A stretch of DNA of 46,156 nucleotides from Octopus bimaculoides. Its lineage: Eukaryota. Where the stretch lies: the NCBI RefSeq assembly GCF_001194135.2, contig NC_068985.1, positions 5,573,600-5,619,755 on the forward strand, read 5' to 3'. Under the pieces are notes generated by a model. The model saw nothing but the letters and a program-made list of their open reading frames with translations, was not told where the DNA came from and ran no database searches. Every line of letters begins with the position of its first letter. The stretch's first letter is position 1. The position numbers and the translations under genes are program-made. Below are positions 1-12,451 of the stretch, piece after piece.

Positions 1-18
1 ACACACACACACACAAAT

Positions 19-415
19 ATAAATATATAAAGTATGATTATTTAAAAGGCTTGTGATATCTTACGATCGTTTTATAAACGTATTACCCTTCGAAATGAAA
101 TACAAAATTGAAAATCATTATTAGTTAATACATCCACTCGTCAGAGAAAAGGATGAATTTCCGTGTGGTCAATCGATTGAGAGAGATGCTATTTGAAAAC
201 ATATCTCGATGTTTGCACCAATACACATCTACACCAGTAACTTTTTTGTCTCTCTCATTCGATTTACCACACGGAAGCTCATCCTTTTCTCTGACAAGTG
301 GATGTATTACCTAATAATGGTTGTCAATTTTGGATTTCATTTCCAAGGGTAATACATTCATGAAACGATCGTAAGATATCTGAAACCTTTTAAATAATCA
401 TTCATATATATTTAT
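19..415. mobile_element. Fold-back palindromic element (MITE-like); arms ~19-186 and ~251-415, spacer ~64 bp
   Basis: CATCCACTCGTCAGAGAAAAGGATGAATTTCCGTGTGG (131-168) is a near reverse complement of CCACACGGAAGCTCATCCTTTTCTCTGACAAGTGGATG. Pairing continues outward to TGATTATTTAAAAGG / CCTTTTAAATAATCA. Confidence 0.8.
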
Positions 416-591
416 CTTCCGTGATTTTTTGATGTAATTTTTCCTGCTCTTACTTTATCATATATAATCGCTCTTATTAAATCTCTAAATACCTTTAAGG
501 TTTTAGACATTTCCCTACCAAGAGCACTTATTCGAAATTCAGTATACCCTGTTCTCATTGAATATATCTGATTAACTATATACATACGTAC

Positions 592-631
<40 letters not shown>

Positions 632-658
632 NNNNNNNNNNNNNNNNNNNNNNNNNNN

Positions 659-715
<57 letters not shown>

Positions 716-788
716 AGGTATACGTTTATATATATACACACATATATGTATGTCTACATGTACATAGATCGATATAAATATACATATA

Positions 789-820
<32 letters not shown>

Positions 821-966
821 ATATATATATATATGCATAAATACATACAGACCTCCCGTATGTACATACATATATATTTTTTTAATAATATATATACATA
901 TGTATATATATGCATACATATATATACATGTATGTACATATATCTATATATATATGTTTATATATG

Positions 967-1010
<44 letters not shown>

Positions 1011-2800
1011 GATATATCTGTGATTTCATGCATATTAATATACGTATTTACTCATTTCTGTATTCATTTCTCTTCATTAAGCCTACCGCAGTTTATAAAT
1101 TAAGTACATTGAATCTGTTCTTGTATCTGAATGCCCAAAAACGAATCAGTCCTGATTGATAGAGCCATTGAATATTTTATACAAATAGCCCGATATTGAA
1201 CCAAATCAAAGGAAAAATGTTCATATTAAGTTCACTTAGCAGTCATTTTAAAATTCAGTATTTCGTCTACTTTGAATCTTTTATATATATATAAAAAAAT
1301 ATATAAGCAACAAAATATGTTTAAAAAGAAAAACCAAATTTGCTTTATCATTAATCTATTGATTAGACGGTTTCGAGTATATTTTGACCTTTATTGCCTT
1401 TGCGGTAAATATTGTAGGTTTCTATATAATAAACCTTATAGATTCTGGGGAATATTTTTTGCAGACTCGAGTCTATTTCATGTTAGCTTGACTGCAAGAA
1501 TGCTGCTATCATTCCTATATATCTTCATCGCAATAGCCCATGGAGGCGTTTTGTGTGAGCGCTGTATGCTGCCTCAGGAGCATACATTATAAATAGTGTG
1601 CGTTCGTCGGTTTTGAAGCTATGTTTTATGACAGAAAAATTTCTGATCCAGTGAGCGTTAGACTTATTTCCCTTCGACATATCACGGAACCTTTAATGGT
1701 TATGAACTGCTGAAGCGTTAACCTGAAGAGATGACCTTATGCAAGTTTTCGATGGAAGTTCTTAATCTAACAACCTATAATCAACAAAGATCATTAAGAC
1801 GATGGATCATCAGCGTCTACCTATGTTAAACAGTCTGTGGTTGATCTGAGCAGGCAGAATATTAAATGAAATTATATTCGGAAAACAAATTGCTTAGACT
1901 AAATTCACGGAGATAATCGATAATTGACCTATTAATGTCTGTGTATATGCAGTTTAATTTGATGAAGCTAAAAAAAAAATGTTCACCACATCGCTTTATT
2001 AATTCCTATTTATAGAAGAGGGAAAAGAAAGTGTAACGTTCGTGTCTGATAGAAAGATAATGGTTTCAGACATGCGTGGAATGTGTATGGAAATGCTACA
2101 GTGAGTCGAGAGGAATGCGGCTCGTTACTATCCGTGGTATGGGCTCCAGTGAAAATGAAACCAAAGTGAGAAGCAATTAATAACTGAATATTGAAAAGTA
2201 TTTGGTAATAATTTCTCTGATAAATCGTCTGCCCTATCACTTTCGAACGATGGAACTAGTCCTAACGTTGCGACTGTAAAAGAGAATTAAAAAATTAAGA
2301 GTCGGATTAAATCATATGAGGCTTGTAATTAAATATTCTAGTTAATTACTTGGTAGATGAGTGGCTAATACCAAACGCTTAAGTCATTCGGCTATTAAAA
2401 TGCGGCGAACATTTCGCGTGAATGGTGCTATAGAATGCATTGGAATCGTTGGTACTTCTTGTTTGCATCAGAAACTGAATGCTCTCTACGATACTTAAAT
2501 ATCAGAAAATTATCACATTTTATATTTTCAAGACAAGAGATCAAACTCCGTTTCAGTGAAAATGATTTGATGGAATGAAACAGGCTACATAGAAATTTTA
2601 TTTTGCTATTTCACGATCCTAGCATGATACGTCATCCTGACAGCTTTATTATTATGCTTTTAATTACACTCGTTAAAATTGGCGTAAAATCAAAATAAAT
2701 GGAATGAAACTGAGGTTTATTTCTGAACAAACAGATTTCATATTAAGCAATTTCTATATTATTTTATGACGTTATAGATATTATATATTATTCTTATACT

Positions 2801-3222
2801 TGTTTCAGTCATTTGCCTGTGGCCATGCTGGAGCGCCGCCATTAGTCGAGAAAATCGACCCCAGGACTTATTCTTTGTAAGCGTAGTACTTATTCTATCG
2901 ATCACTTTTGCCGAACCGCTGGTTTACGGGGACCTAAACACACCAACATCGGTTGTCAAGCGATGTTGGGGGGAGGGCAAACACAGACACACCAACATAT
3001 ACACAAACATACATATATCAAGGCCTAATATCTCTTATCAGTTATATATATATATATATATATAGCTTCTTTTAGTTTCCGTCTACCAAATTCACTCACA
3101 AGGCTTTGGTCGGTCCGAGGCTATAGTAGAAGACACTTGCCCAAGGTGCCACGCGGTGGAACTGAATCCGGAACCATGTGGTTGGTAAGCAAGCTACTTA
3201 CCACACAGCTACTCCTGCGACT
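2801..3222 (-). mobile_element. tRNA-derived SINE family 1, near full length: tRNA-like head, central TTGGGCAAGTGTCTT segment, microsatellite, CR1-like 3' tail
   Basis: The same head and body recur at 6318, 17407, 21437, 24482, 28239, 31736 and 45925. A/B-box-like motifs are present in the head. Confidence 0.8.
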
Positions 3223-4320
3223 AATATATTTGAAATTATTTCAAACATGATGAAGGGTGTTGCTTAAATCACCGTATCTTTCCTTTTCCTAAAGAAATGT
3301 CTAAAAAGGTTTGTCAGTCCACCTCATGGCTCCAGCGGACAAAACGGAACAGGGATTGCAAATTATTTATCAAAATGCAGGGCTGAATGCATAATATCTC
3401 TACATAAGTGTTGCAGACAATTTTTTGAAAATCTAGAAGCTATCGTTATGGGAGACAGATAAGCGCACAGTGCCAGGTTACTTTCCAGTTAAATATTTGT
3501 CCCAATATTATCCTAAGTCTCAGAATACTGGAACTTCAAGTGCACGCTGGTCGAACATAAGCTGTCGTTGATCTACCTTGTCACCAACGGACGTTTGAAA
3601 GTTGACAATCACCTCTCTCAATGATTTATTCATCGTAGATCCAGCTTATCGATGGCAGTACTCCTGATCATGTATGCGTATGCATATATATATATATATA
3701 TATATATGTGTGTATATGTACATTCACATACACACATGCACGCACAGACACAGATACACACAGACGCATGCGCCTACGCACATATATGTTGGTGTGTATG
3801 TATGAATAGCATAGATAAAAATGTGGAGAACGAAAGAAAATGAAAGAACACTGAACGGTTTCACACAATCGTGAAGACTGAAAACAATGGCATTATTGGC
3901 GGTAAAACAAAAGGAATATATCTTTAAGTGAAAACGGAATCAATAAGGGATTTTTTTTCCTTTTTTACGCAACAGTTTTTTGGCTTTTGGACACAGAATG
4001 ATGTCCATGGATAGAAGATATCTCCGCCAGAAGAACAATGGTTTCCATTAAATTATATTTCATGTATTCGTTATACTAGATTTACTGAACAATAACTTTT
4101 GCATTTAAGCTTTAGGCAAAGAATAACAATTATCTGATGGATCAGAAGCCGAGTAGGAGGGAAAGGGGTAACGCAGGGGCTGGATGTTGTGAAAATGGGC
4201 TAGAAATATATAAAACGTTGCCGAACGTGGAACGAATAATATTATTAATCAAAACTTAAAGTTGAAGAACAATAGCAACCAAAAGCTATTTCTATTGTGA
4301 TAATAATGGTGGCTTTTGGA

Positions 4321-4328
4321 ATAATAAC

Positions 4329-4389
<61 letters not shown>

Positions 4390-4405
4390 GATAATGATAA
4401 TAATA
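4321..4405. repeat. (AAT)n microsatellite; others at 6592-6684, 27662-27727, 28045-28102, 29471-29557, 35610-35700, 37277-37332, 38870-39015
   Basis: Direct reading. Confidence 0.95.
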
Positions 4406-4761
4406 AATGTAAGCTGTGCTGTTTCACCGATGGAAAAATAGCCCATAAAAGATTTGGCGATACGCAGAGACAAAGACACGCCAAGGCGCGGTAGGCATCA
4501 GTAGCATATCGCAAATGCAAGCACATACTTCGCCAAACATACATGGAAAAGCATACACACGCACATAGATAACATGTTGCTTAAAGCAAGAAGGATTTCC
4601 AAGCCTGAATAGAGAACTTGATGTCTCAAAGGCAGAGGGCAGAGTAATTGTTGGAGTAATTTAAATGTATACTCGATTGCCAGAGGACTACGTTTTGGCC
4701 CATACGAACTTTAGACAGCAATCCTACTCCTCCGTCGCCATAGTCTACACATAACCTCATG

Positions 4762-4807
<46 letters not shown>

Positions 4808-5128
4808 CTTGTGTGCTTGTGTGTGTGTGTGTGTGTATATATATGAATGTATATATGCATAGGTATATATGCTTATATATATATATCAACGTATGCATAC
4901 AGATGTACATATGCATATATTTACACACACACACACACACATACACACACACACACACACACATATATATATGCTTCTATATATATAAATATATATATAC
5001 ATATATGTATGTATGAGTATGAATGCACGTGTGTCTGCGTTTGTATGAATACATGCAGACCTTCATATTCACATGTGTGTATATATATATATATATATAC
5101 ACATTTGTGATATGTGTGTTTGTGTTTC

Positions 5129-5160
<32 letters not shown>

Positions 5161-6420
5161 TGTATGTATCTATCTATCTATCTATCTATCTATACCAATA
5201 CACACATATTTATAAGTCATATATGTTCACACAAATATATAAAACATACACGAAGACATTCAAACATAAATACACACAGACACACATCCATAGAAGTATC
5301 ATTTCTTCTCCAAAGAGCTTACGTTACACACGAATATTTTTATCATCTCTACTTAGGCACTTTCAATGCCTCGTTCAATCCTCCTTGACTCAGTTACTCA
5401 ATCACTCACTCCACTTGTTTTTCCTTTCACTATATTTTCTTTCCTTTCTTTATATATTGCCATTCTGCGGGATACTTCTAAGCTATCTTACAACGAAAGC
5501 CATATTTTGAAAGACTGCAATTATTTCCCATTTTTCCTTCGGTATTTTATATATTTTTTGATATTTCTCTCGGCCATAATCCGACTGGATATTGTTATCA
5601 ATGCAAAGCAGATACTTCATATCTATCGCCTCATCACTCGCATGGAGATAATTATAAAGGTAGACACTATAAGTGAATATAGAGATTATAACGCAGGAGA
5701 AAAAAAAAATGAAAGTAAAATGAACAATATGAAGAATGAAAAGGAGAGAGAAAGCTTTCGTGCTTTGGTTTAATTCAATTGATATGGAATGTATAAATTA
5801 TATCGCTGCAGCTGATAAAATATGTAATTCACTCGGCGGCAACAGGCTATTTTCTTAAATCCAAACCAATAATCAGATTGGTAGCTCCTTCATGGAGTTG
5901 GCTTCTTAGCTGTAAGTGTTTATATAATTTTGTGTATGTACACACGACACACACACACGACACACACACACGTGCACACTCACGCGCACACGCACATGCA
6001 CGCACGCGCGCACACACACACTTGCATATATGCACGTAATGCCTGTATATATAGATATATATATACATATGCGTATATTATTTATAGTACATAATGAATA
6101 TATATTATATATATGCAGAATGTATCATCTCTGTTTCTCTCTCTATGTATATGTTCGCACGCACACACACACGCACACGCACACACTCACACACTCACAC
6201 ACACACATATGCAAAAATGCTAGATCTAAAATCTGCGCATATATATATGTGTGTGTGTGTGTGTATGTGTGTGTGTGTGTGTGTGCATGCATGTATGTAT
6301 GTATATGCATACATGTATAGGCGTAGGCGCGGCTGTGCTGTAAAAAGCTTTCTTTCTCAACCACATGGTTCCAGGTTCAATTCCACAATGTGGCACTTTG
6401 ACCAAGTGTCTTCTTCTATA

Positions 6421-6590
6421 CAGATCTATATTTAATAGATGAGGAATTATTTACATTATTTACATTTGACGGATATTTGTCCTCATCTTGTTTATTGTTA
6501 ACACGTTTCAGCTGATATACCCTCCAGCCTTCATCAGGTGGCTTGGGGGAATTTTCGAATCTGGGTTCTCATTCCTAAGGTATTTTTCGA

Positions 6591-6653
<63 letters not shown>

Positions 6654-6786
6654 CATTATTATTATTATTATTATTATCATTATTCAGGTCACTGCCGGGA
6701 ATCGAACTCGATGGAGGGTATATCAGCCGAAACGTTGTGTTAACAACAAACAAGATGAGGACAAATATCCGTCAAATGTAAATAAC
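6421..6786 (-). mobile_element. Penelope-like element terminal region (copy A), 5'-truncated at the B box, with an inverted 3'-end fragment (6712-6785) and a 13-bp TSD
   Basis: Homologous to 11453-11750 and 36396-36625. The 13-bp direct repeat flanks both the main and inverted segments. Confidence 0.75.
6497..6545 (-). ncRNA. Minimal type I hammerhead ribozyme motif (copy A; core intact, 3 nt lost at the cleavage site)
   Basis: Minus strand reads CCAC-CTGATGA-A-GGCTG-GAGGGTATAT-CAGCT-GAAAC-GTGTT. The inverted fragment supplies an intact 3' half, CAGCC-GAAAC-GTT-GTGTT (6724-6741). Confidence 0.55.
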
Positions 6787-6949
6787 GTCTTCTTCTATAT
6801 CTTTGTGTCAACCAATTCCCTATGAGTGGATGTGATAGACGGAAACTGAAAGAAGCCCATGAATGTATACGTATACGCGCGCGTATGTATGAAAGAGATG
6901 GCGGGGAATTAGAAATTACCATACTCTTATAAATATATACAAACCTAAA

Positions 6950-7152
6950 GCGGTGAGCTGACAGAATCGTTATCGCACCGGACAAAATGCTTAGCGGTAA
7001 TTCATCCGGCTTTACTTTCTTAGTTCAAAAGCCCCTAAAATTGACTTCAGCTTTCCTCCTTTCGGAGTCGATAAAAATAATATCACTGGGGGTCGCTGAA
7101 ATCGATTTAATCTTCTCCAGAATTTTCTGGCCTTGTGACACAATTAGAAACC
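6950..7152 (+). mobile_element. tRNA-derived SINE family 2 (head GGCGGCGAGCTGGCAGAATCG...), degenerate
   Basis: Matches the 24131-24345 copy and the arrays at 12.4-13.2 kb and 14.7-15.8 kb. Confidence 0.7.
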
Positions 7153-7946
7153 AGTGTATAGAAATCTAAATATTATTATTAATAAGCAGAAGAAGCGGTT
7201 AAAATGCCTCCGTGCTGCTGAAACTGACATGATTAATAGGAAGTCTGTGTTAACCTAGATTTCGCTGTCTGCTCTGGGCTCAGCAAAGAAGTAATGAATG
7301 TTTATGCTGTGTGTTCAGTATTCTAAAACACACCAATGTTAAATTTATAATCATTCAGTTATATATAATTTTTCACTTACATATAATCTTTCAACCGACA
7401 GAAAAAAAACTGACCAAACGAGTTGTTAGTTAATAAAATAGGCTTATTCAGTAGTTAGATCAGGAAAAACTTGATAGCTGTAGGAAAATTCGTTTAAAAA
7501 AAAAAAGTAGTCTTTTGTAGTGAAATTGTCAACGAACTCTTGTTCAAGGTAAAAATCTAAAGAAACAAAGATTGAACAACAGGAACACATACCAAAAGCT
7601 GTAGATTTTAGTTACTTGTCGTGGCTGGTTTCATCTATATATCTCACGGCTGGCATCGAATTACAACTCCTGCGTACGTGACGTCCAGGCCTTTTGTGAC
7701 GTAAAAGACGGTCTGTATGACATCACGGAGACGAAACGTTTAATTCTGACTTCTTAAAAGTAATTTCCGCTATTTCAACCACAAAATTGCAATCACAGTG
7801 TTATAATAGAGATATGCATAATGCATTTATGGCTAAAGAACCCTGAGAAAGACCCGAATTGGTAGCAGGAGGTAAAGAGTCCCCTGTAATTCGTTTAGCA
7901 AGAGAAAAAAAATACAACAGAAAAAAATATATAGTAACAGCAATTA

Positions 7947-8008
<62 letters not shown>

Positions 8009-8669
8009 ATATACAGAGAGAGAGAGAGGTTATGAGAGGTAATGGTGTCAGTATGACCCAAAGGTGTCAGGTATTGCTGTGTAAGAGCTATGGGTAGACT
8101 ATAGTTAAGCTCCAGGTTCGGTGATTATGCGATGCTTGCCTAGCTATTTATTTGATCTGAGTGTGTTGGATCTAAAACAATTGCAGCTTAGAAGAGACAT
8201 GCGCCATTCAGAAACATACAAAGACGTTCAACTTCACTAACAAAGATTTATTACTTGGGATCAAAATTTTCGCCGCACCATATACAACCTGGTCACTGAC
8301 ATGATTCCACTGCATTAAGTTTGTGAGGTTCTTGGTTGATATAAATATGTTCCAGATTAGACTTTTCTTTTCCTCACTTTTATCTATTTATTTATTTTTG
8401 TACACAGTATTTTGTTTGCAAGTTTCCTGACGTTAGTTCGTGTGTTTAGATAAATTTTGTTCTGTCTTGGGAAGATCATTACGCTAATAATAATAACAAC
8501 ACACTCATAGGTTTATTCCACTTCTTTATTGCTAGTCACTTGTTTAAATACCTAACCACCTAATCTAATTGAGCGTTTGTTAAACGCGTTGGTTAAACAA
8601 TTAATCGGTTAGAAAATTACTATTTTTAAACCTCACAACGTGAGATATTCAGCAACAGTACTTTGGAGA

Positions 8670-9216
8670 AAAGATTGTTTGCCAACATAACATGGCAGTC
8701 CTGGTTTAGGACGAATGTTGCTGTAATTTATCCCCTGGAGACATCGTCTCCAGCTGGCTATACAACACGATCTGTGTCCTTATATTTTCGAACAAGGGAA
8801 TCTAGCACCTCCACGCAGCTCAAAACAATATCTGTGTATCGCGATTTCTGAGTTATTTCCCTTTATCACCACTGAATAATTGTTCGGCTANNNNNNNNNN
8901 GGCTATACAACACGATCTGTGTCCTTATATTTTCGAACAAGGGAATCTAGCACCTCCACGCAGCTCAAAACAATATCTGTGTATCGCGATTTCTGAGTTA
9001 TTTCCCTTTATCACCACTGAATAATTGTTCGGCTAGAGGTGGCGCTGCCATATTCCCGTTTGAAATATATTGTGGGTGTGCTAGATTCCCTTGTTCGAAA
9101 ATATAAGGACACAGATCGTGTTGCATAGCTAGCTGGAGACGATGTCTCCTGGGGCTAAATTACAGCAACATTCGTCCTAAACTAGGACTGCCATGTTATG
9201 TTGCCAAACAATCTTT
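8670..9216. mobile_element. MITE with ~139-bp terminal inverted repeats (8670-8808 / 9078-9216); true length ~400 bp after removing an assembly duplication
   Basis: AAAGATTGTTTGCCAACATAACATGGCAGTCC...GGAATCTAGCAC is mirrored by GTGCTAGATTCC...GGACTGCCATGTTATGTTGCCAAACAATCTTT. No clear TSD, so superfamily unassigned. Confidence 0.8.
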
Positions 9217-10929
9217 ACTACAATCAATCGGATGTGCGTAAGTCGAAATTCTTTCGTCACCATTTACGACCTTTTCAGTGATCTTAGTCATTTCCCTGGC
9301 TCCAGAGTCTGTCCGATAATTGGTCTTATGCCTGTGTGTATGGATGCTTGTATGTGTGGATGCTTAGAAGACGAGGTGAGCGTAGACGAACCGTTTGCGT
9401 GTCTATACTTGCACGTGCATGCGTGCATGTGTGTGTTTAGCTGTGTGCGTACACCTGTGTGCTTGGCTGTAGGTGTGTTTGTGTGTGTGTGTGAGTGCGC
9501 TAGCCATCCGGCACCACTTTACGGATTCGGCCTTTTGTTCCAGGTCAGTTTGGTCTCAACTCCGCTGGGTGAGGGGTATAGTTATTTACCTGGGTAAAGG
9601 TAATCAATAACAAGGTAGGTGTGTGAGTATTTGCGTGAGCGCACGTCTATGTCTGAGTGTGTGCATGTGTATTATACATACATATATTTTCACACAGACG
9701 AACACACAGACACACTCACACACAGACACACACACACAGACACACACACACAGACACAGACACACACACACACACACACAGGTGGGCGTATATATACATT
9801 TAAATCATCTACCAAATATTCTTATTTTCATAAGCACCTGGAAGAATGAAATAATAATGATAATTCGCAGTTTCGAAGTTGGGTGTGGTGAGTGGAGAAA
9901 ATTGAAGTTTTGAAATTTTCTCAGCACCCAAACATGCAAAATTGAAACAAGAGTAAGAACAACAACAACAACAACAACAAATGCAAAATCAAATTGGTAA
10001 AAAAAATTCCTAGTCAGTTGCAGTGTAAAGTTTGGCAAAAAAATATAATAATGAGAATTAAAAAACAGAATGATAAATTTGTATTTGGCTGCTTTGTAAC
10101 CTCTCATGTTTGAAATTCAACCTGCTAGAAATAGTACACACGCAGATACGCAGATGCGCGCGCACACACACATGAAAACACACACATGCACACACACACA
10201 TACACGTATACATGCGCATGCACACATTTACAAACGCATTTATCCAATTGTTTCAGCTACGCCACGCTTCTACCTCACTCTATATCTTAGAAACATGTTT
10301 CCGAAAACAATGTGTTCTTAATTAGACGGAAATTAGGAAATCAATCAAGTAATCAATAAATCAATCAAGCGATCGATCAATCGATACTTTAAAAACAAAA
10401 TCAATGTTCTAAAATTGAGGGATACGACCAAGAAAAGTTTCACGCTGATAACTAAATTAAAAGATAGTCATAAGTTGTCATTTGAAATAAATAGAAACAA
10501 CACAGAAACGAAATAATTCCATTATAAATAGAAAGATGAATTAACAAACGATATACTTTACTAAACACACACTGCCAGGGTAAGAAGGGCAAATAGTCGG
10601 GAACCTCGAATAATAGGGATTTGAAATGAATATTGAACTATATTGTTGTAGAAACCTTGCGTTCTCTTCTGTCAGCATGAAGGTTGCAGAACGTAAACAA
10701 AATGGCGTCATGGTGTCATAAAAATGAATAAAATATACATTCCATGAATAAATTATAGTTTAAAAATGATGTTTAACTTAAGAGCAATGTCAAACTTTTT
10801 GAGGGATGAGTGTGGACTAGTCAAGTGTTTAATTGGTGCTTACTTTATCGCCTTCTGAAGGCAAAAATCGATTTTAGCGCGGAATTTGGGCTGCTCAGAA
10901 ACATAAAATAGGGTAGTGGTTTTATAGAC

Positions 10930-11294
10930 CAATGGTTCTCAAGCATCTTTTTTTTTTCTTTCTGCTGAGGATTACTTTGATTAATATTTTATAGTGGTGG
11001 ATTCCCATTGCCATTCAGTGTTTAAAAGTTAGGTTTATAGAAGCATCTTTCTAAATTCCTATTTTGTTTTTCACATGCTCACTTGCTTAGGTTTGCAATG
11101 GCACCCACTGAGGGAACATGTTTCAGTTGTCGGAAACATGTCAAGCCTTTGTAAAGCATTACAGAAAGAAACTTAGCAGTGTTTTGCAAAATTTTTCATA
11201 AACCTATGAAATATTATTGTAGACCCCCAATTTACTATTTTTCTTGCGTGGATCCCACCAAAAATCGTATACGGAGCTCGATTGAGAACTGCTG
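10930..11294. mobile_element. Non-autonomous hAT (Charlie-like) DNA transposon
   Basis: TIRs CAATGGTTCTCAA / TTGAGAACTGCTG. 8-bp TSD TTATAGAC (10922-10929) / TTATAGAG (11295-11302), similar to the NTCTAGAN Charlie target. Confidence 0.8.
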
Positions 11295-11418
11295 TTATAG
11301 AGTAGTCAGTATACACGTGCGCTCTTAGCATAAAATAAATTAGATTCAGTACATCATAACACTGGGTCCTGTGAAAATAATGTATAATTCTTCTGACCAC
11401 TTTTCAAACAATATCTGT

Positions 11419-11750
11419 GCGCTCTTAACTACTACGCCATATGCCCGTGGGTCCACGGGCATATGGCGTAGTGGTTAAGAGCGCGGGCTACTAACCCCAA
11501 GATTCCGAGTTCAATTCCAAGCAGTGACCTGTATAATAATAATGATAGTAATAATAATAATAATGATAATAACAACAACATCGAAGAATACCTAAGGCAT
11601 GAGAATCCAGATTCGAAATTTCCCCAAGACACCTGATAAAGTCTGGATGGTATATCAGCTGAAACATTGTGTTAACAACAAACAAGATGAGGACAAATAT
11701 CCGTCAAATGTAAATAATGTAAATAATTCCTCATCTCTTAAATATAGAAC
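11419..11750 (+). mobile_element. Penelope-like element terminal region (copy B): tRNA-like head, (AAT)n, decayed hammerhead, 3' tail; preceded by a 32-bp inverted duplication of its own 5' end
   Basis: Colinear with copies A and C. Hammerhead remnant GACAC-CTGATAA-A-GTCTG...CAGCT-GAAAC-ATT-GTGTT at 11628-11673. Confidence 0.75.
11464..11517 (+). promoter_or_regulatory. tRNA-like internal Pol III promoter within the PLE terminal region
   Basis: A box TGGCGTAGTGG (11464-11474), B box GTTCAATTC (11509-11517; GTTCGATTC in copy A), anticodon-loop-like CT-ACT-AA. No T4 run on the sense strand through the element. Confidence 0.6.
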
Positions 11751-11756
11751 TGTATG

Positions 11757-11860
11757 AAAGAAAGTGTCTTGCACAAGAACACAGAACGCCGTCTGGAATT
11801 GAACTCGCGACCTCCGGATTGTGAGCCGAATACCACAGCAACCAAGCCAAGCGCCTTCAT
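11757..11860 (-). mobile_element. SINE family 3b tRNA-like head fragment
   Basis: Matches the heads of 17091-17410, 23751-24063 and 39375-39660. Confidence 0.6.
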
Positions 11861-12451
11861 GCCCGCAGATATAAACACAGATAAATATAAGTACGTTGTC
11901 TTTCTTCCGATAGTTGCACTGGTGTCTCATAAGGAACTACACACTGTTTCCATTATACACTTAGCATGCTGCGCTATTGATTCCGCTTTAAAAGGCCTAT
12001 AGTGTAATGAAGTTAATCCATGTATATTTCCTATAGGATAGAGATTAATTGATTAGCTGCAACAACAATACGATAGCAACACAATACAGGTATTTGTGCG
12101 GCTCACTTGGAAAGTCTATCGGTTTCCTTTATTTAATTATTATGCAATATTCAATAGAAAACTGTGGGAGGATAGACGATTTCACAATACAACACACACA
12201 CATACGCAAGCACGCACGCACGCATGACACATGTATACGTACTTACATTGACATATAAAACTTACAGTGACACATACATACTGACATATACAGAGATATA
12301 CACACGCATAAATATGATACAAAGTCGAGAGACAGTGCAGCGTCAGATTTCTTATGATTTATAGTTGTTTTCATACATTTTGGTCTCAAAGTCCACATGA
12401 AGTGATCTTGAAATCCATTAACATGTAGCATTATTTTAACTTTAATTAAGA

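Larger units (their letters stand above)
6318..6858 (+). mobile_element. SINE family 1 copy split by a PLE-derived insertion (SINE parts 6318-6420 and 6787-6858)
   Basis: The SINE stops at GTCTTCTTCTATA (6408-6420) and resumes with the identical 13-mer (6787-6799), then continues ...GAGTGGATGTGATAGACGGAAACTGAAAGAAGCCC. Confidence 0.8.

Noticed and set aside
1500-1592. Signal-peptide-like MLLSFLYIFIAIAHGG with a possible donor at 1555
   Set aside because: Joining to the nearest acceptors (2016/2019) creates a stop codon. No recognisable family.
4676-4708. IARGLRFGPYE, resembling the PR/SET motif (KGxRFGPY)
   Set aside because: A stop follows almost immediately, flanking PR-domain residues are absent, and there are no usable splice sites.
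8756-9035. 135-bp perfect tandem duplication (8756-8890 / 8901-9035)
   Set aside because: Identical copies flank a 10-N gap, which is a typical unmerged contig overlap.
11455-11535. Functional tRNA gene (and other tRNA-like heads)
   Set aside because: Acceptor and anticodon stems do not pair properly, and all lie within interspersed repeats.
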